Below, in pieces: positions 34,601 to 48,130 of a stretch of 58,280 nucleotides of DNA. A program made the translations under genes and the position numbers. The notes under the pieces are model-generated. The model made no database searches. It saw only the letters and a list, made by a program, of their open reading frames with translations, and was not told the origin of the DNA. The stretch is from Gracilinanus agilis (taxonomy: Eukaryota): contig NC_058133.1 of the NCBI RefSeq assembly GCF_016433145.1, positions 474,277,074 to 474,335,353 of the forward strand, in the 5' to 3' direction. The stretch's first letter is position 1. Every line of letters begins with the position of its first letter.

Positions 34601-37600
34601 TTAGGCTGTTATATCACCTCAAACCTCTTCTTCAAATAAAATTCTTTTTTTAATGCTGATTTGCACTGCTTGAGTCTTACATTCTTGGGGCAAGACATTG
34701 CTACAAATTTGGGTATGTTTCTACAGCAACATGAGGCCACACTGGGCCCAAGAGCAAGCAACAGGACAAAAGTAAGAAGCAAGCAGAAGGTTGAGGAGAG
34801 TCAAGTTAAAGTTTCTTAATCTTTGAAAACTTAAAACTCTAATGACATTTTTTCCATTCTCTTTGGTTCACAGTTTGAATCAACCTCTCTTTCTCCTTCT
34901 AGTCCCCTACCTGTACTGTGCCTTCTTGCCACTTCAACTGGAAAACAAGAACGAGGGAGAAAAGCTAAGGCTGGAAAAGCATTCTTAATCATACAATGGG
35001 AAATAAATGGTGATCACAAAAGATAAACTAGGTCATTTCAATTACATAAAACTGAAAAGCTTTTGCACAAACAATATTATTAGAATTAGGAGAAAAGTTG
35101 CTGACCTGAATAAAAAATCTTTGCAGTAACAGTAAAGATCTTTGATAATAACATACACAAGATAAAGAGGGAATTGATATAATATATAATAACAAGACCC
35201 ATTATAAGTAATCAAAAGATATGATGAGGCAATTATCAAAAGAATAAATTTAAGTTATTAACAAAAATATGAGTATTCCAAATCCCTAGGAAGAGAAAGG
35301 CTAATTCTCTCAGAAGGGAGGGATGGGGGGAGGGAGGGAGTGTGTGGTGAAGATAGATGGGTTCAGAAATAGAAAGTCAGGCCTGGAGATAGGGAGGTCC
35401 TGGATTCAAATCTTACCTTAGCCATTTCCTGTGTAACCCTGGGCAAGTCACTTAACCCCAAATGCCTAGCTATTGTTGCTCTTCTGCCTTGGAACTGATA
35501 CAAAGTCTCAATTCTAAGATGGAAGGTAAGGGTTTAAAAAAGCAAAATAAAACAAGATTACCTCACAATCATCAGACTAGCAAAGATGACAAAAAACAAA
35601 AATGGTAAATGTTTCATTTGTTTGTGGAAAGACAGGCACGAAAAATGTATCATTGGTGGAGCTCCGAACTAGTCCAACCATGTAGAAAATCATTTAGTAG
35701 TAGAGTAGTTAAGTCACTAAATTGTATGTACCCTTTAATCCTGTGATACCACAACTAGGCATATATCCAAAAAAAGTCAAAGATAGAGGGAAAGCCTCCA
35801 CATATACAAAAATATTCATAGCAGTACTTTTTTTTGTGGTAGCAAAGAAATGGAAGGATATGGGTCCCTATTGTGGGAATATCTGAAAAAATCGTGGCAT
35901 ATGAATGTAATGAAATATTACTATATTATAAGAAACATCAAATATGAAGAATTCAGAAAAACTTGGTAAGATTCCTATGAACTGGGCACAGTGAGGTAAA
36001 CAGTCAGGTAAACAATTGAAGCAATGACCATGATACTATATAGGTAAACAACAACGAATAACCTCAAAACTCTTGTAATCAATGAGGAAGCCTGGTAGCA
36101 CAAGGTATAGAAGGTTAGGCTTGGAGTGGGGACATGGGTTAAAATCTGATCTCAGACACTTCCTGGTTGTGTAATCCTGAAGTAGTCACATAATCCCATT
36201 GGACTAGCCCTTTTTCTTCTGCTTTGAGTTATTTCCACAGAAAGTTAGGGTTAATTAAAAAAAAAATCTAATCAATGCAATAACCAATCTTGATTGTCAT
36301 GAGGTATGCCTATTCTCTTTTCCAGAGAAAGATGGTACTTATAGGTTTGGAATAATGATGCATGATCAGACATAATGTATTAATTTGCTTTGCTTAACTA
36401 TATTTAAAAGGAAAGATCATGAGGTAGCAAAAAAAGTCACTGAGAAATGACAGATGTTAAAAAAGAAAAGAGCATTAACAAAATATTTTAAAGAGATTTT
36501 TGGTAAAACTAGTGAGGAGAGTTGGGGAGAAGAGCTGTCAGGAAGAGCCATGAAAGGAAGTCAAAAGGAATTACTGAATACTTGACCCCCATCTATTCAG
36601 AGAAGGCCTAAAAGAGCCACTTACGTTTTCGTCCAAGGCTCAGATGACCCTCCAACTGTCGGATTTGCTTCTGAAGTTCTGGACTTGCCCCATGTTTCTG
36701 CAGTGCATGACCAAGAAGGGAGCAGGCATATTGGGCAGCCCTATAGGAAGGAGGAGAGAGGAGTGGAGGTAGGGAGAGGGTGGTATGGAAATCAGACTGA
36801 AACACTTCCCTCACCAACTGACACCTTTCTTAAGACTTGCACACCCTGGGAGCTAGCTAGGTGGCTCAGTGGAGAGAGCCAGGCCTAGAGATGGGAGGTC
36901 TTGGGTTCAAATTTCTCCTCAGCCACTTTCTAGCTGTGTGACCCCGGGAAAGTCTCTTAACTTCCATTGCCTAGCCCGTATGGAATCTAAGATAGAAGGT
37001 GTAAGGGTTAAAAAAAAAAGAGGGAGTGCGAGGTGGTCCTTCTGTGTTCAAGTAGAGTGGTGAGATGGGGGTGTGCTTTGGCCAGGGGCTGAGGGAATAG
37101 CTGCACGGAACCCAAGGCTTCCCGGAGAATCTGGGGGGCTCCCTGGCTGATGGGGCACAGGGCACTAATGGGACACCTCCCCCATGGCCCGCGCCCCGGG
37201 TTAGAGTCCGCCGACTCCACCCCCGCGCGGCGGCTGAGCCAAGCAGGCTTCTTTCTGATTCCCCGCCCCTCAACTCCGCCCGGGTCACGTGGGCACGAGC
37301 CCCCTGAGGCCCTGGAGCGAACAGTTGGAGCGGTGGGGACCTGACGGTTCCAAGCGAGTCTACACCGCGCTCTGACCACAGCAAGCAGGGTCCGAGATCC
37401 TCTAGGAGGGGAGCCTGGTCGTCGGGATGTCCAGCCCTCCCCACCCGGCCCCCCGCCCATGCCTCAGTTTCCCCATCTGTCCTGCGGGCGGAAAAGAATC
37501 ATTCCCTCACGACCGACCCCGCGCCCGTGCCCGCGTTCTGGCTCCGTGAGGGGTCAGTCTCTCCCGGCCTCCGTACCCGGGACTGACCCTCTCTGACCCC

Positions 37601-37717
37601 CGTAGCCCGAGCTGCCCGCTAAGGTGTCTGTACTCGCTCGCGCCCCCGATCCCGGCCGCACCTGCACAGGCGCTCCCGGGCCTGGCTCTGGGCGCTGAAG
37701 CGGACCCAGGAGTCCAT
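31617..37717 (-). CDS. PEX11B: Peroxisomal membrane protein 11B, 4 exons, 259 aa
   Basis: Exons 37662-37717, 36625-36740, 33435-33636, 31617-32022 (780 nt). [34 protein letters not shown]...[12 protein letters not shown]; Gly-rich insert and RLKP end are typical of PEX11-beta. Confidence 0.97.
33997..34725 (+). mobile_element. Possible solo LTR in PEX11B intron 2
   Basis: TG...CA ends, TATAAA near 34510, AATAAA near 34635, short internal reiterations; no clean TSD found. Confidence 0.4.
34990..36500 (+). mobile_element. Degenerate LINE-1 ORF2 3' end and UTR, interrupted by SINEs at about 35360-35545 and 36085-36265
   Basis: TACATAAAACTGAAAAGCTTTTGCACAAAC, CATTGGTGGAGCT and CTAGGCATATATCCAAA are L1 ORF2 C-terminal-like motifs. 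Confidence 0.7.
36852..37020 (+). mobile_element. Marsupial SINE in PEX11B intron 1
   Basis: GCTAGGTGGCTCAGTGGA...GAAGGTGTAAGGGTTAAAAAAA. Confidence 0.8.
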
Positions 37718-38950
37718 GCCGGCGACACCGAAGTCCACTAAGCGGCTCTGCGGCCCCGTCCTGCCCCGTTGGGCCCCGTATCCTTTCCCCTTCCCACGCC
37801 CACCTCCGCAGAGCCCGACGGCACCGCGCGAGGGACAAACTGGGGAGCGAAGCGAAGCGCGCAGAGGCCCCGCCCCTCAGAGCCAAGGCCGGGCGGGGGC
37901 CCGCGGGGGCCCCGCGTCTCCGCCAGCGCCTCAGCTTCACCTTGAGGCTCGGACGAATCGGGACTCTCAGCCATCCCTCTCTATCCCTCTCCCCGGGGAT
38001 TATAGCGCTACTCCCAGAGCGGTCTTTGGGCCCAGAGGCAGCGCCCGCATTTAAAGTACTTGCCTAGAGAAGGGGTGCGGGTGGGACCGCTGCCCGAAAT
38101 GGGGCGGGGCAGGAGGGAGGAGGGGCCTTGGGGAAGAGGGCGGGGCAGGAGGGAGGCGGGAGTACCTCTGAGCAGCAGCAAGCCGCAGTGACCTCCAGCA
38201 TCTGAGCGGGCATCGCACCGTTGTGTGCAGGGACTGGGCATCTGAGATCCCCCCTCGGCCAGCCCTGCCTGGTCACGGAACAGGAGGGCCTAGGGAGCTC
38301 CCTGAGAGCTTGGGTGTGTGGATGGGACTCTGAGCTCTGGACAGCTGGGCAGCACTGGCCCCACGGCGGCCCCCAGGGCAAAGATGGGGAGAGTCCCTGA
38401 GCCTTGCGACGCATTCAGTAGGGGACCACGATGACCGGCGCCAGCCCCTGGCCTGGAGGGGGAAGGGCTTGGCTGCCCGAGCCGGCCGCTTCCCCCCTGC
38501 AGCTATGACCACTGGCAATGACACTGTCTGGGGCTCTTCGGTGGGAGAGGAAGCCTGGGCCGGGGCGGGAGTCCAGGTGGAGGAGTCGGCACTTCCCACC
38601 TTCTCAACCGCAGCTAAGGTCCGAGTTGGAGTGACCGCTGCTCTGTTCCTGTCGTCTGCAGTAGGGAATCTGGCTGTGCTGTGGTCAGTGACGCGACCGA
38701 GATCTAGTCGACTCCGCCCCTCACCTGTCCGCCGACTTTTCGGCCATTTGGCCGCTGCAGACTTACTGGTCACTTTCGTGGTCATGCCACTGGATGCTGC
38801 ATGGAATACCACCGTTCAGTGGCTCGCTGGAGATGTTGCTTGCCGGACACTCATGTTCCTGAAACTGCTGGCCATGTACGCGGCTGCTTTTCTGCCTGTG
38901 GTCATTGGGCTTGACCGCCAGGCTGCAGTGCTCCATCCTCTTGGACCCCG
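37100..38950. promoter_or_regulatory. CpG island / head-to-head promoter shared by PEX11B and GNRHR2
   Basis: Dense CpG and GC boxes; divergent ATGs at 37717 (-) and 38505 (+), 787 bp between them; TATA-like TTTAAA near 38050. Confidence 0.85.
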
Positions 38951-41900
38951 AGGGGGCGGGCGAAAGCTGCTGGGAACGGCCTGGGGGCTTAGTTTTCTGC
39001 TTGCCCTGCCCCAGGTGAGTGACCAAAGGATTGTGAGTTAGAGGAATCGAGGTATTATCCTGCTTTGGGAACTCAGGGAAAGATAACTTTTTTATCACCG
39101 CTTTGCCCTTCTACGTTCATTTTCTTACAATTTGCATAAAATTGAAATACTGAGTCGCTCAAGCCACCCCAGGAAGGTTTATGTGCTCGGTCCTGTTTTT
39201 CATTTTTCTCTCACTTTCCGGTGGGCCCTCTAAACTTCAGCTTTTTTCTTCTCAGTTTTCCTCCAACTGCACAGTAAATAACAGGAAATGAGAAAGGGAA
39301 GTGAAGTAAATTGAAATCATGGTATGTAAATGTGTGGTGCATAACTGAATCGGAATGCTTCAGGCAGTTCTGATGATCAAATCTTAAATCATCTGGGAGC
39401 TTTAAAAAGTTATAAAAGACCCACGGAAATAAAAGTGCCTTTTTACCAAAATAAACAAAACCGGATGAACTAAGAGGATAGAACAGCTTCTATTTTAGGA
39501 TAGACTAGAAAAATACTAGGATTCTTCAATTTGGAAGGAGACTAAGAAAAAAAACAACCCAGTTCATTTACAAATTCAGCACTTTAAAGTTAGGAAACAC
39601 TAGACACATCTCATTTGATCTCACGACAACTGTTTTTCTGCAATAAAAGGGTTTATAAAATCATTAAAAGTCACTAATTTGCACAATACAAAAACAAGGT
39701 GATTCCCCTTGAAGCTACAGAAGATGTGGAAATACTAAATGCAATCCTAATCATGGTGTTAAGGCTAACATAAGTATTTTACCCAATGAGTAGTAAACAT
39801 TCCAAGAATTGGTTCCCTAACCACAGAGAAACCCATTGTAATAGCAGACAGAGGGAGGAGGTACCCTAGTGTTTTTCTTCTTTTACATAAAGACAAAATT
39901 AGATATATACAGTACATCAATGCCAACAAATTAATAATGATGATTTTGAGGGTGAAAGTGGGAGAGATATTTTGCAAAAGGGGATGTTTGGCCAGTTCTA
40001 AAGTAACTCGAGGTAAATGTTTTCTGATAGATTTTTTTAACCCTTAACTTCTAGCTCAGTATTAATTCTAAGACAGAAGAGCAGCAAGGGGAGGGAAGTG
40101 ACTTGCCCAGGTAGGAAGTGTCTGAGGTCAAATTTGAACCCAGGTCTTACTAATTTTAGCCTGGGCGTTTTATCCACTGTGCTGCCCCTTAGAATTGTTT
40201 TAATAGATGGTGAGATTTTTTAATAAAATTTGACATTTTGAAAATGTGTTGGTGTTTTAGAATTTAATATAAGTTCTTTCGTTATTAAACACTAATTAGA
40301 TTGCTTGCTTATGTTTAAGTTTCCAGGTGCTTGAGAACTTAGAAAGGGGGGGGGGGTTCAGCATGTATTGAAAGATTTCTACTTTTAATCTGCTATGTGG
40401 CTTTGAATAAGTCACTTACTTCTCGGCCTTATTTGCTTCCTCTATAAAATGAAGCTTTAGGCTAGACAGTCTCTAAAATCCCTTCCTGCTATATGATTAT
40501 ATGAATCTGTCTTATTTTCCATGGAAAGGATAAGAAGAGATGATTGTGGGTAAGCTGAAGTGCTATGGATTGTTTGGAGCCTTTATCTATTTTCAGAATG
40601 TGGAGACTTCGGATTTGCACCAAATACTGGCTTTTCCACATGCCCACCAGAAGCTAGGGAGGAGCAAATAGAATTTGTAAAGCCTCTAGGCTTTCATTTT
40701 CAGTTTATAGAAGGGTTAGATCCCTGGGCCTTTACTTGGTTCCATTGCCTTCTTCCTTAGTAGTCTGTCCTCTTTCAAAGTTAATTCTGGGGAGGGAGAA
40801 AGGGGGAGTTATTCCTAAACCTTAGAAGGCAGGATAAGAAAACAGTGAACACCTAGGGAAAAGAATAATCTCTTCTATTTATAAGTTTTACTTATAAAGG
40901 TTTTTCTTTAGTGGGTGGGCACTAATTATATAAAATGATCCTTAGGACTGTACTATAAATAGCCCAAGTTTCCCATGATGACCTTTTAATGGTCTTTTGA
41001 GTGAGTCTTTGGTTTTCTTCTCATCTCCACCACTGAGACTATGAGCAAGTCAACTGTTATTAACTTGTGCAACTTAACTCACAGGGTTGAAGGGAAATGA
41101 TTTGGTGGCATTAAGCAATGATATGTATGGGTTTACTTTCCTCAGAATGCTTGAGGCAGCTAGGTGGCTCAGTGGATAGAAGCAGGCCTGGAGATGGAAG
41201 GTCCTGAGTTTAAACATAGCCTCAGATACTTTGACTTTGGCCAAGTCATTTAATCCTAATTGCCTAGCCCTTATTGCTCTTCTGCCTTGGAATTGCTAGG
41301 TAGTATTGATTCTAAGCAAAAAGTAAGGGTTTTAATTAAAAACAAAACCTCATGAGCTAGGTAGGTAGTATAGTTATTTTACATTCAACCTACTGACAGG
41401 TTCTGACCTGTCCTATGAAGAAGGAAAAGAGAAAGTAGTAAGCATTTGTATGTCTACTATGGGCCAGGCATTGTGCAAAGCACTTTACAATTCTCACATT
41501 TAGTCTTCTCACATCAGCCCTTTGAGGTAGATACTGTTATTATCCCCATTTTACAATGAAGGAAGCTAAGGCAGAGGTTATGATTTACCCTGGATTAATT
41601 AAGCCAATTAAATGTCTGAAGCTGGATTTGGTTAGTATTTGATTGTACCTGGGTACTAACTTGTAGAAAGGGAGACTGGAACTCTTGTTCTGACTCCCAA
41701 TCCAGTATTACCTCATCAATACTTACCACTTTCCTATGCAAAATCAACTCAGGGTGGAGCCAAGTTCCAAGCAACTGGTAACATTTCAGTTATTGACAAT
41801 GGCTCATTACCTTTCTTGTGAGATTTCTCCCTTTCTGCTAAAACAGCCTCTAAGCATGACTTCTAGTCACTTCATTTAAATGTCAGGATCTTTTAGCCTA

Positions 41901-43776
41901 CATTGCTGAAATGAAAACCAAAAGCCTGCCATATAGTCTCCAAATAAAACCAATAAGCATTCAAATAGACCAACACAACATTAAAGAAAATGTTGATTTT
42001 TATTAATACTTTCACTAGTTGTGATACACAAGCTCTTCCTCAAGACATCTTATAGAATAGACTTAGTGGGTTTCTAACAGCATTTCTTGTTCAAACAATT
42101 CAAATTGACCACATGTAGCAAAAGTAGTAGCACCATGGGTTGTTAGTTTATCAGATAGCTAAAAAAAAAAAACCACCCTCTTCATGTGGTCATGTTTCAT
42201 TAAAACAATTCAGCTAAATTTGTAAATACATGAAAGCCTTTAAATGGATGTTTATGCTTCCATCTATAATTTTTTTCGTTGGCATCACAGATATACTATT
42301 GTCCTAACCAATACTGCCCAGCTTTTTTTGGTAAAGATACTTTATTTTACCAATTACATGTAATAATTGTCCACATAAGTTTTCTGAAATTGTATGATCC
42401 AAATTGTCTCCTTCCTTCCCTTCCTAGAAATCAGCAATTTGATCTGGGTTAGACATGTATTATGCAAAACACGATATTGCCCTGTTAACATCCTTATGTT
42501 GTAGGGGTGAGTCAACAGAGGGATCAGGGGGTAGTGGTGGGGAATATTGTGCTGTAAGAAGGTGGAAGTCTTTGTTTTATACTCCACCCCACTCCAGCTG
42601 TTCCTGTTTCATACTGTCCGCCGTGCTGGCCCAGTCCCCTTCATTCAGTGTGTCACCAAAGGAAGCTTCAAGGCCCGATGGCAAGAAATCGCCTATAACC
42701 TCTTCACCTTCTGTGGGCTCTTCCTGATACCTCTGACAGCCATGGCAATCTGCTATGGCCGAATTGTATTCAGTGTGTCCAGACACCGAAGAGGGAAGGG
42801 GGAGCATGGTGAGACTCCAATTCCTAGATCCCGATTCTCATTGCCCAATCCATGGCTTCAGTCCCAATCTCCATGACAATTTCCTAGTCTTTAGCCTGTA
42901 GTGAGATTCCAATCACAAGAGCACACCTTAACTCCAGCCCATTGATATGGGGGAAATCAGTAAGAATCCAAATTTTGTCTGGCTGTTTTTCAAAAACCCC
43001 AGGTCCACAGGGTTGTTTCAGCAGGTGGTGGTATTACCTACCACCTTCTCCCTTGGCTATGGGTAATGGTTGGAATGGAGTCAGGCTGGTTAACTTTCTA
43101 TTCTAAGGCAGTACCCCATACTCTGGTCTGCAGTCCTTTCCCCAGCATGCCTCCTCCCTAAACCCAACCTGGAAGGGCAATTCATACCCTCATTGAGGTG
43201 TATGTTTGTGCATGTGTACAAGGATAATATAGTATTCATCTATGAGCTTGAAAAAGAACTGCAATATACATCAATCCATCTCCCTCTTTCCATCAGCTTG
43301 ACTTATGCCCACCTAGTACCTAGAAAGGGAAGAATTGACAATTATTCATCTCTGACTCCCCAGCCCCTGCTGGTCAGTTCGCTCTTCGTCGTTCCTTTGA
43401 CAATCGCCCCCGTGTGCGGCTTCGGGCCCTTCGACTAGCCCTACTTGTCCTGCTGACCTTCGTTATCTGTTGGACACCCTACTACCTGCTGGGCCTATGG
43501 TACTGGTTCTCTCCCAGCATGCTAAGCAATGTCCCTCCCAGTCTCAGCCACATTCTGTTCCTCTTTGGTCTCCTCAATGCTCCCCTGGACCCCTTACTCT
43601 ACGGCGCCTTTACTCTTGGCTGTAAAAAAGGGCACCAGGGACTTGGTTCAGATTCTTCCCGGGGGAGAATGGACTCTTGGAGAGTCCCTCAACAAGTGAT
43701 TCAGGAACGTAGCCAGCTAGAAGTGAACACAGAGGGTAACGGGAAGGCAGGAGAAATGGAGGAGACAACTCTTTAA
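38505..43776 (+). CDS. GNRHR2: Type II GnRH receptor (class A GPCR), intact 3-exon ORF, 377 aa
   Basis: Exons 38505-39014, 42598-42808, 43364-43776 (1134 nt), no frameshift or internal stop. TFSTAAKVRV, LAAADLLVTF (Asp2.50), DRQ, CWTPYY, VPPSLSH loop, DPLLY (Asp7.49) and a long cytoplasmic tail are type II features. It sits between PEX11B and RBM8A as in human. Confidence 0.96.
40030..40190 (-). mobile_element. Marsupial SINE in GNRHR2 intron 1
   Basis: Reversed consensus with internal deletions. Confidence 0.65.
41155..41345 (+). mobile_element. Marsupial SINE in GNRHR2 intron 1
   Basis: GCAGCTAGGTGGCTCAGTGGATAGA...GTAAGGGTTTT. Confidence 0.75.
41999..42004 (-). terminator. Candidate RBM8A distal poly(A) signal inside GNRHR2 intron 1
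   Basis: Minus strand reads AATAAAAATCAACATTTTCTTTAATGTTGTGTTGGTCT: hexamer plus GU-rich downstream element. Confidence 0.5.
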
Positions 43777-43829
43777 CTCTTGCTGAGATCCATTTGTTAG
43801 CTCTACCTCCAGGCCTCCAAACACAAAGT

Positions 43830-43835
43830 AATAAA
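43830..43835 (+). terminator. Probable GNRHR2 poly(A) signal AATAAA
   Basis: AATAAA 53 nt after the stop codon, followed by a T-rich tract. Confidence 0.55.
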
Positions 43836-44179
43836 GAATAACTTTTTTCAGAATCCCCTACCTTGTCCCTGTTGCCATCCCCACTCATTACCTACCCAAG
43901 CCAAACCGACAAAATATGGATGGCACATGAGTCTCCTGGTAAAGAAGATTCTTCTTCTACCTCTAGTAAGGGAAAGAATAAGAACATCCTAGACTTTAGT
44001 AATTCAATACTTAGAATACCCTTGATATTTCCCTTAATATTATAGTACATTTTACTCACTTAGTTGGAAGTGGAATGGGTTGTCACTACTTAAAAGACTC
44101 AGAAAAAGCCTGGGTTGTCTCCCTGGCTTTTTACCTGTTATTTTTGATTCTCTCACATGTAGAAAAGAAAACTAAACTG

Positions 44180-44185
44180 TTTATT
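44180..44185 (-). terminator. RBM8A proximal poly(A) signal AATAAA
   Basis: TTTATT on +, 130 nt past the stop, followed on the minus strand by CAGTTTAGTTTTCTTTTCT. Confidence 0.65.
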
Positions 44186-44314
44186 CACAACTTAAAAGGA
44201 ACACTTATGGAGGCTGGAGATTAAATCAAGAGTCCCATCCCAGCCCCTTTCCTCCAAGGCTGGATATAGGCAAACTGATCCACTGGAGAGAGTGAAATCA
44301 GAGAAATGAATCAG

Positions 44315-45741
<1,427 letters not shown>

Positions 45742-46899
45742 CTTGAACAGCTCACGGTCTCCTCGGAGGTTCCGCAGCAAGGAACAGTGGGAAACAATGG
45801 CGGGGAACTGAAACACCCCAAAGCTGTTGTTGACTGCTTGGGGAGCCAATCAGACGACCAGATTCTAAAACTCTCTCTTCTCTTTGGCGGGGAGGCGGGT
45901 CAAAGCAAGCCAGCTCACCTCCGGGTTGGAGACGTGTGGGCTAAAGCACAGACCACGTGACCGAGGGCGAGGATATACGCGACCTGCGCCTGCGTCCTGA
46001 GCCCTATGCCCTGCGCTCAGTCCCCACTCCAGGCTTCCCCCCACCCACCCACCCCCCCTTCCGGACTGCCGGGCTTTACCTCCTTCGGCAGCTTCCGGAA
46101 CTGGTGTACTCTTTCAGCTATTCAACCGTTCCTCTCTTTTGTGGCACCTTCCTTTCTTCTCTCCTGAGAGGGAAGAACAGAGAACGGGCGGGAGAGAAAG
46201 CCATTTTGATTTGGGAGCCCACCTTCCTGCCGAACCTCAGCGAGTCCGGCCGGCCATGCCAATTGCTTGCTATTTTGGTTACTGGGCAGTGCGGGGCACA
46301 GCTCTAAAGACAAGCTCTTTTACTCCTTTTCCTCGAGAAGATGAGCCCACGCTTTTGCAGACTCCGCTTCATCGCAGCTTGGTCCTGAGGAGCCAGGCTT
46401 TTAATCTCTTCGCAACTGGCTTGGAGGTCGAGACTTCAAATCTTAAGGCACCTCCCACCCGCAGCTTGCCCCGCCCCCAAACAAAAGTAGTAAAACGGAA
46501 AAATACGGTGGAAATCGCTTTGTGGCAGAAGAGATTCTTTAGCGTCACCGGGTCTATACCATAGGAAAATTGGTGTGGTTCTTCAACATGGTAGTTTGAA
46601 CGGTGAATGCACCAGTTACTCTTTACTGGACTTAGCTTTTTTCCATTTTTGCGGCTTTGCGATTCTTTCAAAATCTTTCTCTCAAGCGTCCAACTTCATC
46701 TCGATCCCTCCTAAGCTTAGACATTTTCCTCCTTAACTGATACTTACTCTCCAAAACTCCCTTACTCTAGATTTGTTTTCAACTCTCTTCAAAATTAATT
46801 CCCTCTACATCTCATATATCCCCAGTATCTCCTAATCATCTTTACTAACGAAGTTAGGATCTCCTTTAACCAAAAATCTTCATTTAGCTGTCACATTCA

Positions 46900-48130
46900 A
46901 ATTATGTTTCTTCTCTTTCTAGCATCTAAAAAGAAATCTACCGGCTGCTTCTACTTTCTCATCACAGGTTATCCTTGCACCTTATAGATCAGGAAACTGA
47001 AGCTTGACTTTTTGCAATAAATTACCCCTGACATTCTACTGCAGCTCTCTTGATCACTAATGATTTCCTTAGGATTTCTGTTTTCAACTTTGACCCTTCT
47101 TTAGCATTTGATACTCCTCCTGCTTCTTTGTATTACTACTTTCTTGAAGTTCCTACCCCTTTGATGTTCTCATTTCCTGTGTCCTCATCTTCCCTGAATG
47201 CCACTGGTATTCATTCTCCTTTGGATCTAGCATGAGTTCTCTTTCTACATTCTCTCCTTTGGGAATTTTGTCTACTCCCAAGACTTCAATTATCATATCC
47301 ATACAGATGACTTCCAAACTCTTTGTAGCCTCTTGGCTAGATCTCCAGGCCTATTTTCAAACTTCTTAGTTTCCATCTCTATTTGATAGACCCACGTTAG
47401 TTCAAAGTATGTCCAAAGTTGAAGTCATCTTTTCCCTGAACCTGACTCTTCTCTATTTCTCTTGAAGTCACTCCCACAGTTACCCAAGCTGGTAACCTTG
47501 GAGTTATCTGAATCTTTCCTCTTTCTTCATTCTCCAATAATTTAACTCTGCAATAGCTCCTCAAGACCCCCTCAGTTCCCACTATAACTTCTCTCATTTG
47601 AACCCTCATCTTACCTCACCTAAACCACTGTAATAGTTCTTGACTGGTCTTTCTTATCTCTAGCCTATTCATCTCTCTAGTCAAATTCTCACCCAACTGC
47701 CAGAGTTTCTAGTGCACTGTTATAATGACTCTAATAAAAAATCTTTAGTGGTTTTTCATTGCTACTGAATAAGTATAAACTGGTATCTGTCCTTCCATGA
47801 TTTAGGTTTAACACACCTTTCTACTCTTGTGTTATTTCTTTCCAGGAACTCTATGTTGTATCCAAAATGTACTATGGACATTTTTCATACTAGCCTCCAT
47901 AGCTGCATTTGCTTAGCCCATTTTTACATACTGAAGTTCCTAATTTTGCTTTAATGCCTAACTCAAGTGCAATTTTCTCTACAAATTGTCCCCTGCCCAC
48001 CCCCCCATGATTTAAATCCTGATTAACATTTTGCTTACACATTTATATTTCTGTCATTCTCTTCATTAGAGAGTAGGATATGTCATATCTTTATATATCC
48101 AGTGTCTAGGATGATGGTATCCACTAAATA
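46900..48130 (+). mobile_element. L2 fragment
   Basis: Pyrimidine-rich L2 ORF2-like sequence ending in an L2 3'-end motif. Confidence 0.55.

Noticed and set aside
37738-37974. 78-aa ATG ORF ending 20 nt upstream of the PEX11B ATG
   Set aside because: Spans GC-box-rich promoter DNA that is probably upstream of the TSS; cannot be supported as a uORF without TSS data.
38273-38812. 179-aa antisense ORF over GNRHR2 exon 1
   Set aside because: Antisense shadow of a GC-rich coding exon with a non-ATG start and no recognisable domain.
38505-43776. Calling this a pseudogene or type I GNRHR
   Set aside because: ORF and splice sites are intact; C-terminal tail, Asp2.50/Asp7.49, VPPS loop and synteny indicate type II.
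45742-45800. Equivalent of the human TAR-syndrome RBM8A 5'UTR variant site
   Set aside because: The 5'UTR could not be aligned by eye to the recalled human sequence, so no claim is made.
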